Assembly: GCF_035084215.1 (NCBI RefSeq)
Contig: NC_090331.1
Span: forward strand, 72,044,001-72,108,000
Source: Heptranchias perlo
Taxonomy: Eukaryota
Length of the DNA: 64,000 nt
Direction of reading: 5' to 3'
Each line of letters begins with the position of its first letter. The first letter of the stretch is position 1. The position numbers and the translations under genes were made by a program. This document shows positions 1 to 13,749 of the stretch, in pieces. The notes beneath the pieces are model-generated. The model saw nothing but the letters and a program-made list of their open reading frames with translations, did no database searches and was not told the DNA's origin.

Positions 1-1094
1 CAAAGGCCAAAAAATGTAATAAAGATAAGTTTGTCTTTCTTCATAAGAGATCTTGGCTGAGACTTGCAAAAGTTATATTGGAGGGAAAGACTGAGTTCTA
101 ATCCCACAACTGGAATTAGAACTAAAGACTTCTCTTTGGGATTCTTATGTTCCATTATTTAAGGTATTGGGAATGATCGAGGCGATAATCCAATGCTCCC
201 TGGTAACCTAACAATCAGAAATGGAGATTAATCTAGTTAGTACTAAACCAAACTCCAATATTGTAAGGCTACTGTCCTTATCAGGGACAGTCCATAAGAC
301 ATAAAATAAATCATCTATGGGCACATGCAGAATTCCAATCATTTTGGACCTTTCATCAATGATTGCCAGAAATTTAGAAATACTAATCCAACTAATTCAA
401 ATTTGGTCCCTAGAGCATTGTCTGTTAATTTCAATGGAATTGAAGGCTGGGATTCCTTCCAAAGGGAGATTCCTGTCATTATATTAAAGAAAAACATTTA
501 CCAAAAATGAGCTTTCACCAAAATTTCCACCATTGAAGTCAGTGGAAAAGAAAATTGGGCGCAGTGTAAACTGAGCTGCCAATTTGCTATTGCGCTTTTT
601 GCGCTACCGTCCAGGTTGAATTTCACCCCCAATAATTCCTATCTTTCCCAATTTGCTCTGAAACATATGGCAACTATGACTTGGATCAGCAGAACGGGAC
701 TATTTATGTATCTCCCTGGCTTTTTGAGGCATCTCTTCAAAAGAGCAAAGTAGTAGAATGCACTATCACTGAATTGACCTGAGACTCCATATAGGCAAAA
801 TTGTTCATGACATGCTCTATCTTTGGTTAGAAAAGGTTTAACTTCCTTTTTTCTACACTGGGGTATTGGGATCTCAATCTTTGCATGCCCTGGATGATAC
901 AGTTGCAACATTGGTGTGGTATTTTTAAACAGAAACAACACACTTAAAACCTAGCTGGCCACATTTATTATTATAAAAGATAACACATTTTTCTGCATGT
1001 TGTATGTTACTAAAATTGAATCGCTATTAATACAGTTATGCACAATTACTCACAACATCTCCGGCTATAAATTAGGAAATATAAATATACTTAA

Positions 1095-1990
1095 CCCCAC
1101 CATTGGCAGTTGTGCCTCCAGCTCCCTAGGCCCTAAGTTATGGACTCCCTCCTTAAACCTCTCTACGGCTCCCTCCTCCTTTAAGATGCTGCTCAAAACC
1201 TACCCCGTTGACCAAGCTTTTGTTCACCTAACCTATTGGGCTGGAAATTGCGCACATTGGGATGGCAACATTGGCAGCAGCTGCTGCAAATAAAATCTAT
1301 GAATTTACTTACTGTGGATCTGTGGCGTAGACTTGCGTGATTTTGAAGCTTTGAAAAAAGTCACGACATCAGCCCAGCCTCTGAACAGCGTGGGTTCATT
1401 CGGATGGGAAATGTCTGTAGGAATGGAAGCCATGCCCACGAAATCTGTCGTGAAGAAATGTCATGTCCACAAGCAGCAAAAAAAAATTTTAATGATCAAA
1501 AAACATTAAAGTAAGAGTAATATAACATTCCACATTTTTAAAATTTAATTTTTTGTTTTCTCGCAGTCATTAGGAGTCATTGTGCTTTTAAAAAGTAGTG
1601 CAGAGCTGGTATTTTTCAGCGTGCCTTTTGGTGGTGTAAGTATTTTCGCTCCAGCTGGGCAGATGGGTAAATGTACGATTTTTGAATGATTTCAGTGATT
1701 GAAACGTACCGTGCCCCTTTAATTGGCAGCGGTTAAACTGCCAGCATACCAATGGGAGCAAGTTCATGATTTCCGGGTTTTAGTGCATATGTGCGCATTT
1801 GTGAACTTGCTTCCTGGATTCGCCGGCGAAGAGAGAGAACCCCGTTATGGAACGGCGTCTGCAGGTGAGCGATTTCTGGCCCTTTATGTGGTTCGGTGTC
1901 AAATTTTGTTTGATAATGCTCCTGTGAAGTGCCTTGGGATGTTTTACTATGTTAAAGATGCTATATACAAGCAAGTTGTTGTTGTTATTG
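1095..1990 (+). mobile_element. L2-like LINE 3' end fragment split by a MITE
   Basis: 1095-1237 and 1883-1990 are collinear with the 3' end of the element at 9745-10007, including the (GTT)n tail. Confidence 0.75.
1238..1882. mobile_element. Non-autonomous DNA transposon (MITE), possibly Harbinger-type
   Basis: Imperfect TIRs GGGCTGGAAATTGCGC and GAGCGATTTCTGGCCC. It interrupts an L2 tail; the TSD is degenerate. Confidence 0.6.
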
Positions 1991-3820
1991 TTGACATTAT
2001 AGTGGTAATTATTATATGAGGCTCGACTGTTGGGGCTGAGCCTTGCTTAGGGCTTCTTGTTGCAGCTCCATTTCTGAGCCATGCTAGCAACTAGGCAGAC
2101 TTGGTGATGGCAATAGAGCTCTGTGAAATAAACCCTTAATGACAGATTATATACATGTTTAATATTTCTGGCATGTAGTGTAATGCAATGATCCAGTGAA
2201 ATGTATGAATTCATTCACAAGCACCAGTATGATTTGATCCTGTTTTGTTCACTCATCTGCTTTATTTTATAAGCGATTTAATTTTCAGATGGATTCCATA
2301 AAGAGCACTGAAGTTAACTTTTAATACATCAACAAATTCAAAACATTTCAATCATTCACTAAAATTAGCGTTTAACTCCTGGTATTGCCATCTTCATTTC
2401 AATCCCAGCCTGACAAAAGAAACAATTAGCATGCTTGCCATGGAATGAGTCTCTAATCCACTTCAATCATTGGTGGCATTCACCAAAAGGGTGTTGGTTT
2501 CAAGATGTTCTGATAATACCTCAGACAAAACTGCGCTTAAGATCATAATATTGGGTTAAATCCGCCGATCGGGCACCCTGTTCCAATATACTGTCTTGTT
2601 GCATCTTCAGGAAGTCCTTCATGGGCAGTGTCCCATGTTTGAGATCATAATTCTCCTGAAATTTGCATCACCTTCCCCAAGGTTTGCAGGTGGAAGCTCT
2701 TAGTTCTGGAGTCCACCCTTGCAGACAAACTGAAGGAAGAATTGCTCTTGTGACTATATGTAGTACCTTTAGAAACATATTCTTTTTGAATGCGTTTACA
2801 AAGTTGCTACACAGAGCAACCCAAGAAATTCTTCCCTTACTGTCTAACAGGCTGTGAATAAAATTAGATTTCCATCACTTGAGGTTGACATGCAATCCTG
2901 GAAGATAAGAGATGTGGGTACATTGACTGAAACATAATGAAAATGTGCTGCCAAGCTGCGATGTTAGCCTGTAACAATTTATTTAATCCTAAATGTGTCC
3001 TGTCGATTGTTCACTTTAAAAAGTCCCAATGGGTAGATGATTAGAAACAGATCTCTACTGGATGTGTATTATATATAATAGATTGTAACACATGACGCCA
3101 CCTTCCATTATCTCTGAGGTTCCATGCAGCCATTTCCATAGTGCTCAAATTAATGGCAGCTGTGAGAACAAGAGGCAGAGTTTCAACTGGGCTGATCAAA
3201 ATTAATAGTGACAAGCAGGAAAAAAGATCTCTTACTCCATGTTATCTAATTGATGAGTATCACTGAATTCTGTCAGGTGTCTGGCTGCTGCAGGGGAAGA
3301 AAGGATCAAAGTGTGGGATTTTTAGATTCTTCCTCTTTCTCCAGGTCAAGGTCTGTAGTGTGACAGAAGACAGTACTGACTGGCCAAATGGACATTATGT
3401 TCAACATGTACCATAAAAGTATGAACATAACCACTTAAAGCAAATGATAACAAACAATATACACATAGAACAGAGAAGTTTCTTTTTGGATTCATCTGGC
3501 CACAGAATGTTTCAACAGAGTCGATGGCACATTGCCTACATTTTCAGTCAAATCTAAATCTCTCCTCGAGGTCTCTGACACTAACATGTATTTTAGTGCA
3601 AACTTACCAACCACATAAACCCTGGTCACGTTTCAGTGAAAATATATCTCCTCTCACAGATAGAGCTTCTTAATTTTAATGTGCAAAAACCCACTACGTA
3701 CAAAACCTTAGGAGTTGAGCTGCTGTTTCTTTTGGGCTCATTTGTTATTTAAAATACAAAATCTCTCTTTTTTGAAGTGCTACCTAAAATAGTCCTGCAT
3801 TGTAGTCCATTCCTTCTTGA

Positions 3821-4097
3821 TAGGGTCACCAACCCTCCAGAATTGTCTGGGAATCTCCAGGAATTAAAAATTAATCCTCCTGGATAGTGTTGTGAGCAAC
3901 CTGGGAGAAAAATCAAAAAACTGTTTTTTTTTCATTTTCTTTGAACACTTTAGCTTATTCATTATAGAAGTATTGAAGATGGGGAAAAAAGGATGTTTGA
4001 CTTGGCGGGGAAGTTGGAGGTGGGAGATCATGTGATAAAACTTCCAGGAATACAACCTTGAATTGAACCTTGAATCCAACCACAGTTGGCAACCCTA
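3821..4097. mobile_element. hAT-superfamily MITE (Blackjack-like TIR)
   Basis: TIRs TAGGGTCACCAAC and GTTGGCAACCCTA, with a perfect 8-bp TSD CTTCTTGA at 3813-3820 and 4098-4105. Confidence 0.85.
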
Positions 4098-4845
4098 CTT
4101 CTTGAGTTTGAATAAAAAATGTTGGACTGAATGCTTAATTTTATTAATGACACCTGCTATGAGAATGAGGACTGATTCTCTTCTATTTAATTTATTAATT
4201 GAAATAATGAACCAGCCATTCAATCTCCACCTCTTGGGTTACACCCTCTTATGCAGTTTCTCCATTTTGACCCTATTCCCCTAAATAAAACCATGGTAAC
4301 AATCACCCTCTTCAGACAGAATAGCAAGGGAAATCCAAGTCATGAATAGCTCACAAAATGCTCCTTACAAATTAGCTAAGACTGAAGTATATCAGTAACA
4401 ATATGGATTTTAATGGATTTTGGACTGCAGAACTCCATCACGAAGTTAATTATGTTGTCTTAAAATAAAATCTTCATTCCAATCATTTCCACCTATTTAG
4501 AAATGGATCTTTCTCCTGTAATGTTAACCGACATCCACTGATTTTCAAAGTGTTCGATTTCATTCCTTTGTTAAATGTGCCGATGGTTTCCATCTAATGT
4601 TCTTACTCATATTATCCAGTATTAAATATTTTGACCCTTTCAGTCTGCAGTTTAATTGACAAACATCCTTTGTTACTACTGTCATAAATAAAGAAGCCAT
4701 ATGTAGTTTAACTCCCTCTTTACAATTCATCCCTCATTGTAACTTTTTCTAATATTATGATGCCTGAGGTAAAAGACACCATTTCTGATTGGCTGATAAA
4801 CAAAGACAGTCAGCTATACCAGATATGTCATGATGTCTTGTAGGC

Positions 4846-6400
4846 TTGACCGACTTGACCTCGTCCTCACCAATCTACCTGTCGCAGATGCATCTGTCCA
4901 TGACAGTATTGGTAGGAGTGACCACTGCACAGTCCTTGTGGAGACAAAGTCCCATCTTCACACTGAGGACACCATCTAACGTGTTGTGTGGCACTACCAC
5001 CGTGCTAAATGGGATAGATTCAGAACAGATCTAGCAGCTCAAAACTGGGCATCCATGAGGCTGTGGGCCATCAGCAGCAGCAGAATTGTATTCCAGCACA
5101 ATCTGTAACCTCATGGCACGACATATTACTCACTCTACCATTACCAACAAGCCAGGGGATCAACCCTGGTTCAATGAGGAGTGTAGAAGAGCATGCCAGG
5201 AGCAGCACCAGGCATAACTAAAAATGAGGTGCTAACCTGGTGAAGCTACAACACAGGACTATATGCATGCTAAACAGCAGAAGCAACATGCTATAGACAG
5301 AGCTAAGCGATTCCACAACCAATGGATCAGATCAAAGCTCTGCAGTCCTGCCATATCCAGCCCAATTAAACAACTAAAGGGAGGAGGAGGCTCTGTAAAC
5401 ATCCCCATCCTCACTGATGAGAAGGCTGAAGCATTTGCAACCATCTTCAGCCAGAAGTGCCGAGTGGATGATCCATCTCGGCCTCCTCCCGATAGCCCCA
5501 CCATCACAGAAGCCGGTCTTCAGTCAATTCGATTCACTCCACGTGATATCAAGAAACAGCTGAGTGCACTGGATACAACAAAGGCTATGGGCTCCGACAA
5601 AATCCCAGCTGTAGTGCTGAAGACTTGTGCTCCAGAACTAGCCACGCTTCTAGCCAAGCTGTTCCAGTACAGCTACAACACTGGCATCTACCCGACAATG
5701 TGGAAAATTGCCCAGGTATGTCCTGTCCACAAAAAGCAGAACAAATCCAATCCGGCCAATTATCGCCCCATCAGTCTACTCTCAATATAAATACTGTGGC
5801 TACGAGAGCAGGTCAGAGGCTGGGTATTCTGCGGCGAGTGACTCACCTCCTGACTCCCCAAAGCCTTTTCACCATCTACAAGGCACAAGTCAGGAGTGTG
5901 ATGGAATACTCTCCACTGGCCTGGATGAGTGCAGCTCCAACAACACTCAAGAAGCTCAACACCATCCAGGACAAAGCAGCCCACTTGTTTGGCACCCCAT
6001 CCACCACCCTAAACATTCACTCCCTTCACCATCGGTGTACTGTGGCTGCAGGGTGTACCATCCACAGGATGCACTGCAGCAACTCACCAAGGCTTCTTCG
6101 ACAGCACCTCCCAAACCCGCGACTTCTACCACCTAGAAGGACAAGGGCAGCAGGCACATGGGAACAACACCACCTGCACGTTCCCCTCCAAGTCACACAC
6201 CATCCTGACTTGGAAATATATCGCCGTTCCTTCATCGTCACTGGGTCAAAATCCTGGAACTCCCTTCCTAACAGCACTGTGGGAGAACCTTCACCACACG
6301 GACTGCAGCGGTTCAAGAAGGTGGCTCACCACCACCTTCTCAAGGGCAATTAGGGATGGGCCATAAATGCTGGCCTCGCCAGCGACACGCACATCCCAAT
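4846..6400 (+). mobile_element. Non-LTR retrotransposon (CR1/jockey-group) remnant, 5'-truncated, RT core deleted
   Basis: It encodes [20 protein letters not shown]...WKIAQVCPVHKK...NYRPISLLSI, then jumps at ~5787 to the C-terminal [16 protein letters not shown] region. Same family as 55031-57968. Confidence 0.88.
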
Positions 6401-7559
6401 TTCTTCCATGGAACAGGATCTCTGTCCCTACTTCCCTCCTCTCCGATTTGCGGCTCCTTTTACTCCCGATAGGTAGCCAGCCTGTCAATCTAGCTGCCTG
6501 ACGTGTGGGAAACCCAGAAGCACAATGACCTTCAATTGAGTTGCGATGGCAGAATGTGACGCACTCACTTGACTTCTGGGTTCCCCACGCGAATACTTAC
6601 CCATCAGCTGGGATCCTGGCTCCGAGCGAAATACATGCACAATATTTCACTTTGGTGCAACCTCGGCAAATTTTATTTTCCATAAACTTGTAAAGACTAT
6701 GATATAAAATAGAATTCATGAAAGCTACAGGACTAAACAGATTGCTATTTGATGCCGTGCTGAAAATTGACTAATATTGTAATATGTGTCATATTTTATC
6801 ATTTTAATACTTGAATGGAAATAAAAACTTCAAAATAATAAGCTCTTGGCTAGAAGTTTATACTGCTGACATGCCTTTTGCTCAACGAATAACAAATAAT
6901 TTTTAACTCACTCTGAACATATTGTGCTGTGTTCCTGTACTGTATTAGTAAGCAATATAGAAATAAATTAATAATACTTTCATGAGCCATCTGTAATAAA
7001 CTGGCATACAATCTATAAGCTCTCATAGAATTTGAGATGGAAGCCAAGCAATGTAATCGCACTGTACTTTGTAAATGTATATAATTTACTACACAGTAGA
7101 TTTGTCATAATGAATATGTTGGGGACATCAAAAATATTTGTTATAAGGAGATACTTACTATATTAAATATCAAAGAATGATTGTAGTTTGCCACAGTGTT
7201 ATTCTGTGGTATTCCCTCTCCAAATCTCTCTGCCCCACTAATTACTGGACCTTTAAAAGCCTGCTTACAGTCAATTTTTTCCAGCCGGCTTCAGATCACC
7301 TCTCCAATCTCTCTGACCATGTTTCGTTGTCCATTCTTTTCTTCCATGAAAGTCCTGATATGAAATAATTGCATTTGATCTCATGCAATAAAATATGATT
7401 TTATTTTTAAGGTTATGAGCTTCAGACCAATTGTTTAAAAATACTCTACCCATTTAGTTGCTGTACACGTAGCGGATCCTTCCACTCACTGCAATTAGAA
7501 TGTTTGGCAATACAGAGATACCAAAAATGCAGTGTGGAAAAGCAATGAACTTAGACATT

Positions 7560-7718
7560 TGCAACAAAAGATGGATGGTGTCAGAGACAATTTTGCTTAC
7601 ATAGGGTCTACAGTGATTTCACTAACAATGTGTTTTGCGACTTTGCTCTTTCAGAGGGATGTGTAAATAGCCCAGCTCCACTGGCCCTCGTCACAGTCAC
7701 TGAAACACTCAGAGCAAA
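7560..7718 (+). promoter_or_regulatory. Copy 1 proximal promoter (SOX site, Maf-like half site, variant TATA TGTAAATA)
   Basis: AT-rich TTTTGCTTAC at 7591-7600, AACAATG at 7624-7630 and TGTAAATA at 7662-7669. SOX and large Maf factors are established regulators of gamma-crystallin promoters; the site assignments are inference. Confidence 0.7.
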
Positions 7719-10627
7719 ATGGGAAAGGTGAGAACTTTTTACTGTACAATATTATGATGTTATTTTATTACTGCTTTGCAGAAATGTTACCTAAAGTAAT
7801 TATTTTTCTCTAGATCACCTTTTACGAGGACAGGAACTTCCAGGGTCGGCACCACGAGTGCAGTACTGACTATGCTGACCTGTCCTCTTACTTCAGCCGC
7901 TGTAACTCCATCCGTGTTGAGAGTGACTGGTGGGTGGTGTATGAGAGACCCAATTACATGGGATATCAGTATGTTCTGAGCAGAGGAGAATATCCTGACT
8001 ACCAGCGCTGGATGGGATTCAATGACAACATCAGGTCATGTCGCACATATCCATATGTAAGCATTATACTTATTTTATTTAATTAGATTTCATTGTACTT
8101 TCTAACATTGATGCAACTATTAAATACTTCAACTTCTAATACTGCAGCGGTCGACTTTTCATTGAACACAATGGGTGGTTAACAATTATCATTTAACATA
8201 GACTTCTTTGTCACTAAGATTGAGACCATCCATTCAGCTGCCTCTGCCACTTCCCTCCATTCCCCTAGCCCACCAAGCCAAACTTCCCCTAAAGTTGCCC
8301 CGCCCTAGCCATGAACCCACATCTTTCTCTAGTTTCTCTCCTATCTCCCTTCATGCCCTCTCCAAGCTCATTTTGACCACGAGAGCCACCTCCTGCTCCC
8401 CCGACCCTATTCCCACCAAACTGCTGACCACCCAACTTTCCTTCCTGGCCCCCATGTTAGCTGATATTGTTAACGGTTCCCTCTCCTCAGGTACTGTCCC
8501 CCTCCCCTTCAAATCTGCCGTCATCACCCCCTCCTCAAAAAACCCATCCTTGACCCCTCTGTCCTTGCAAACTATCGCCCCATTTCCAACCTCCCTTTCT
8601 TGTCCAAAGTCCTTGAACGTGTTGTTATCTCCCAAATCCATCCCCATCTTTCCTGCAACCTTGTTTCCTGCAACCAAACATTCCTTGTTTGAATCCCTTC
8701 AATCAGGTTTCCGCTCCTGCCACAGTACTGAAACGTCCCTTATCAAAGTTACAAATGACATCCTCTGTGACTGCGATCCTGGTAAACTATCCCTCCTCCT
8801 CCTTCTCTATCTGTCTGCAGCTTTGATGCGGGTGACCCACCATCCTCCTCCATTGCCTCTGCTCCGTCATCTAGCTGGGCGGGACTGGGCTCTCCTGGTT
8901 CCATTCTTATCTATCCAGTCATAGCCAGAGAATGGCTTCTCTTCCCACTCCTGCACTGTTATCTCTGGAGTCAGCCCAGGATCTATCCTTGGCCCCCTCC
9001 TATTTCTCATCTACATGCTGCCCCTTGGCGACATCATCCGAAAACAGGTCAGAGTCCACATGTACGTTGACGACAACCAGCTCTACCTCACCACCACCTC
9101 TCTTGACCCCTCCACTGTCTCTAGTTTGTCACACTGCTTGTCTGACATCTAGTACTGAAGGAGCAAAAATTTCCTCAAACTAAATATTGGGGAGACCAAA
9201 GTCATTGTCTTTGGTCCCCTCCGCAAACTCTGTTCCCTAGCCACCAACTCCATCCCTCTCCCTGGCCACTGTCTGAGGCTGAACCTGAGGATTCACAACC
9301 ATGGCGTCCTATGTGATCCTGAGATGAGCTTCCGACTACATATCCACTCCATCACCAAGACCGTCTACTTCCACCTCTATAACCTCGCCCGTCTTCACCC
9401 CTGCCTCAGCTCATCTGCTGCTGAAACCCTCGACTATGCCTTTGTTACCTCTAGACTCGACTTTTCCAATGCTCTCTTGGCTGGCATCCCATCTTCCACC
9501 CTCCAAAACTCTGCTGCCCATATCCTAACTCGCACCAAGTCCCGTTCTTCCATCAACCCTGTGCTCGCTGACTTACATTGGCTCCTGGTCCGGAAATGTC
9601 TCGATTTTACAATTCTCATCCTTGTTTTCAAATCCCTCCTTGGCCTCGCCTCTCCCTATCTCTGTAACCTTCTCCAGCCCTAGAGCCCTCCGAGATCTCT
9701 GCGTTCCTCCAATTCTTGCCTCATGCGCCTGCACGATTTTAATCACTCCACCATTGGCGGTCGTGCCTTCAGCTGCCTAAGCCCTAAGCTCTGGAATTCC
9801 CTCTTTAAACCTCTCTGCCTCTCTACCTCTCTCCCCTCCTTTAAGTCACTCCTTAAAACCTACCTCTTTGACAAAGCTTTTGGTCACCTGTCCTTATATC
9901 TATTTATGTAGTTTGGTGTCAAATTTTGTTTAATAACGCTCCTGTGAAGCACCTTGGGACGTTTTACTACATTAAAGGTACTATATAAATGCAAGTTGTT
10001 GTTGTTGTAGTCATTAAAATATTGTACAGGCTGAGATATTTCTGTCAATTTAACTCTTCTCCCCAGCGAAGAAATATTCACCATGTTTCTCATCAAGAAG
10101 ATGATTTCAATAATCATTCATGAATTCACCACTGATAACTAATTAGAACTACTTTACCAAAAGTAAATAAACAAGATATCCCATAATCCTTCCCACATGA
10201 GCATATTTTGCATCGATTAGTAGTTGAAAACAAACTAAAAACTATAAAGATAAATTACCTGTAAACTTCTGACCATTTTTATAACTGTGATGAGGCTTTT
10301 GTCTATTTTTTGCTTCTGATATTTACTGACATGATTCTCTTGCCATTCCAGTCCAGCAGTAACTCCTACAGAATGAAGATTTACGAGAGGCCTGACTTTG
10401 GAGGACAGATGATGGAATTCATGGATGACTGTCCATCTGTCTACGATCGTTTCCGCTACCGTGACATTCACTCCTGCCATGTGATGGACGGTTACTGGAC
10501 CTTCTATGAACATCCCAACTACATGGGAAGGCAGTACTTCATGAGACCCGGTGAATACAAGCGGTTTGGTGACTGGGGCGGCAGTTGTCCATCTGTTGGT
10601 TCCTTCCGTCGTATGATGCATTTCTAA
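7719..10627 (+). CDS. CRYG: Gamma-crystallin copy 1, join(7719..7727,7814..8056,10352..10627), 175 aa
   Basis: Classic gamma-crystallin layout: 9-nt exon 1 MGK, 243-nt exon 2 [48 protein letters not shown]...RSCRTYPY, and 276-nt exon 3 [23 protein letters not shown]...SFRRMMHF*. Introns are GT-AG, phase 0, with four Greek-key motifs. From memory it resembles shark gamma-S1/gamma-M-type crystallins; the subfamily is not verified. Confidence 0.95.
8205..10007 (+). mobile_element. Decayed L2-like LINE in intron 2 of copy 1
   Basis: [28 protein letters not shown], a YVDDNQLY-like RT motif and [17 protein letters not shown]-rich sense strand and a (GTT)n tail. Confidence 0.88.
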
Positions 10628-10687
10628 AATTCCACTGTTCTGACTTGATTCCTTCAAAGAAGTGGTTAAATCAAACCGCAATTAATC

Positions 10688-10693
10688 AATAAA
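10688..10693 (+). terminator. Polyadenylation signal of copy 1 (equivalents at 20495, 28041, 39669, 47110, 59508)
   Basis: AATAAA ~60 nt after the stop codon in all six genes, followed by a T/GT-rich tract. Confidence 0.8.
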
Positions 10694-11317
10694 TTAAGTT
10701 TTATTGAGTCCTAGCCTCATTTGATTGTTATTTGCTGGTTCTGTTGTAGATACCATAATTATAGGATATTTACAAACAATTACCTGTAATTTAAACACTA
10801 ACTGACAACCGTATGATTTTGAGCATGTTGATCTTGGGAAACATTTTGCTGAACAGCAGCAATTTGTCCTCTGAAGATAATCCAAGTGTTGCCATATCAA
10901 ACATTAATGCACAAGCCAGAATTAAAATATTCCACATTAGTGAATAAAGTACCATTTGAGTGATGAGCCTTTACAGTAGAGGTGATTAAACTTTAGGTCT
11001 TCATGTGTGGCATAGATATGCACCATGGACCTTTTGGCCATCTGGGAATATTAAATCCATGTTCCCAGTGATTTGCATATATCTCACCTTGCTGATAGTG
11101 ACAGAGCTTGGCGTTGTGGCTAATCTGGCAACAGCGGGAGAAACAGCTTTTCCAAACCTCCCGGCACAGAACATTCAAACAGGAGCAATCAGCAGAAATA
11201 GAGGCACCAGTAGGACAGCCTCAAAGGCCAGATTGTAGGCCTCAGGAACCACATGTGGCCCAAGGGCTGTAGTTTGGACATCCCTGATTTACAATCTGTA
11301 ACCAAATTCAGAAAATA

Positions 11318-11423
11318 GACACAAAAGGCATCAAGGAGTATGGGGAGAGAGTGGGAATATGGTATTGAGATAGAGGATCAGCCATGATCATATTGATGAT
11401 GGAGCAGGCTCCTATCTTCTATG
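11318..11423 (+). mobile_element. Short CR1 3'-end fragment private to unit 1
   Basis: GATCAGCCATGATC...CCTATCTTCTATG interrupts the AAATAG-TCACAGT context that is contiguous in the other units. Confidence 0.6.
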
Positions 11424-12270
11424 TCACAGTAATGCTTCACCTATAATTGACCATTCTTTTTGAAACATCATGAAATTCTGACAGTAAAGTAAAAGTGAAT
11501 GAAATGTATAACCAGTGACCCTGAATGTATATTCATACTAGAGTTTGCAAATCCTTTCTGCTAAAATGATAAGGTGACATAAAGGATATTTAGGGGCCAA
11601 TGACCGTGCTGTGCAAAGACTCTGCTGACAATATCCTCTCCCTCTCTCTCTGAAAGTCTCTACACTCCACTTGTGCACTTCTTCTGATGTCATGTCTGGG
11701 ATCTGTCACTCATCATATGGGAACTGCAGGTACTAACCCATATTCAAGCGCAATGGGCTCAATTTTAAAATCAAATTGCGGGTGCGTTGGGGGCAGTGAA
11801 AACGACGAAAATCCCGAGCGGGTTCGGAAGCCAGCTCCAACCCGCTGACTTCCGGAGTTGCCACAGATGCACGCTTCACAAATCCAGCAATTAAAACTGG
11901 CGGGACGATACTTAAACCATTTCTTGACATCGTTGAGGTTGTTTAACTCGTTAATTTTGTGGAGATTGAGATTTTAATTCAACCTCAGCATGTTTCCTGT
12001 GCTGTGGGAAACACTCCATGTACAAGGATACGTGTTTCAGGCAGCATCCAGTTAGACATTTAAATGCCTGTTTGACAGATGGGGATAAAAGGTAAGTTAT
12101 TGCAGCAGGACACTTAGGTGTCTCAAACAAACTTTTGGCTGGGAGATCTTTTTGTTTAGACTGAAAATTCTTGGTTTACGCTCAGAATTCTTCTATTTAC
12201 ACATATTTACCAACTTTTTGGACCCCCTCAAACTGACATCATCAGGATGGGGTGGGGTGGGGGCGGTGCC

Positions 12271-13420
12271 ATGGCTGCATTCATCACTACATCCAAGGAT
12301 GAGCAACATCACCATCCTCGCCAGGCACGGCGTGCAGTTCCGCCACTTGGAACTCCACAACACAGTGCTGTGCCACAGGCACCTGCACAAGAGCACAGAG
12401 GGCAACAACAGAGAGTGCCATCGCAGGAGGCACTACCCTCGTCACAGGGTCTACAGACCGAGGCTCAGATTCCTGGACCTCTCTGAGGATCAGTGGATAC
12501 AGCGGATCAGAGTGAGTCGGCAGGTGGTCGCAGACATCTGCAGCCTCCTTCATGCCGAGCTGTTCCCGGCTGGGCCTGGTGGCATCTCATTACCCGTCAC
12601 TGTTAAAGTGACCGCTGCCCTCAACTTTTTCGGCTCCAGATCATTCCAGGGTGCCACCGGAAACATCGTCTGCACACAAGTGCACAAGGCAGGTCACCAA
12701 CAGCTTGTTTCGCAGAGCCTTGCAGTACATCAACTTCCCCGTGGACGACCTCAGTCGGACGGAGAGGGCAGTGGGATTCCACTTTGTGGCTGGCTTCCCA
12801 TGGTACAGGGTGCAATCGACTGCACCCATTTGGCAATTCGAGCGCCTCTGCAAGACTGTTCATCAACAGAAAGGGGTTTCACTCCATCAAGACTCAGCTC
12901 GTTCGTGACCACCGCAGAAGATTCCTTCACGTGTACGCCAGATTTCCTGACAGTTGCCACAATTCCTTCATTCTGAGGGAATCCAACATCCCGGGCCTCT
13001 TCCACACACTGAACAGCCTTAAGGGATAGCTCCTCGGGGACAAGGGATGCCCCCTGCAGAGGTGGCTGATGACACCTCCGAGGGACCCCATCACCAAGCA
13101 ACAGTGTCAATACAATGACGGCCACATCGCCACCAGGTCTGTAATTGAACATGCGATAGAGCTGCTTAAGATGCGATTTAGGTGCCTCGATCGTTCTGGG
13201 GGATAGCTTCAATACGCACCAGATAGAATGGCACGCATTATAGTCGTGTGTGGCACAACAGAGAGTGATGCCGCTTGAGGAGGCTCCATCCACATCTGCC
13301 ATCCACATTGAGGAGGAGGAGGGGGAGGAGGAGGAGGACGATGAACCCATGGGCAGAGCAGCGGCTCACCTGGCAGCTTGTGAGGCTAGGGAGTCACTGA
13401 TATGTGAACGGTTCTCCTAA
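12271..13420 (+). pseudogene. Harbinger (HARBI1-like) DDE transposase, frameshifted
   Basis: Motifs VQGAIDCTHLAI, FINRKGFHSI, LLGDKGCPL..WLMTP and TRSVIEHAIELLKMRFRCL are spread over several frames with stops. Acidic C-terminal tract. Confidence 0.85.
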
Positions 13421-13749
13421 CATCAGAAAGTCTGAGGAGTCCAGTCCTCACACCACCTGGAAAGACCAGCGTCAACACCAGCCCCCTCCCCGCTTCTCCC
13501 TGCACAACACACGCACCTGTAGTCCTACAACGACACACACACCCACTGTAAAGTGACCCAATGGGTGGCATCAAGTGTCGCCGTTCATAGCGAAGCTCAT
13601 GAAAGGGCATTATCACAAAAGGCAGTCAAGAATGGGCAAGACGTGGCAGTAGTGGTGAGAATGATAACATTTAATGTGAATATAACAAAAAACAAATATA
13701 AATGAAAAACATGACAGTCTGTCAGACACCCTTGTGCATACCCCTCATG

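Noticed and set aside
325-4284. Short ORFs in the first 4.3 kb
   Set aside because: No recognisable domains or exon structure; several overlap repeat fragments.
10349-10359. Tandem CAG acceptors (CAGTCCAGCAG) at exon 3
   Set aside because: The second and third CAG are out of frame. Only the first gives the expected 175-aa protein, and I have no evidence of alternative use.
10235-10681. Long antisense ORF over exon 3 in every copy ([11 protein letters not shown]...)
   Set aside because: It is a shadow frame of the crystallin exon. It recurs only because the exon is duplicated, and its ends vary between copies.
12271-13420. Domesticated host HARBI1 gene
   Set aside because: It has frameshifts and stops and lies between TIRs with an empty site in sister units, so it is a transposon copy.
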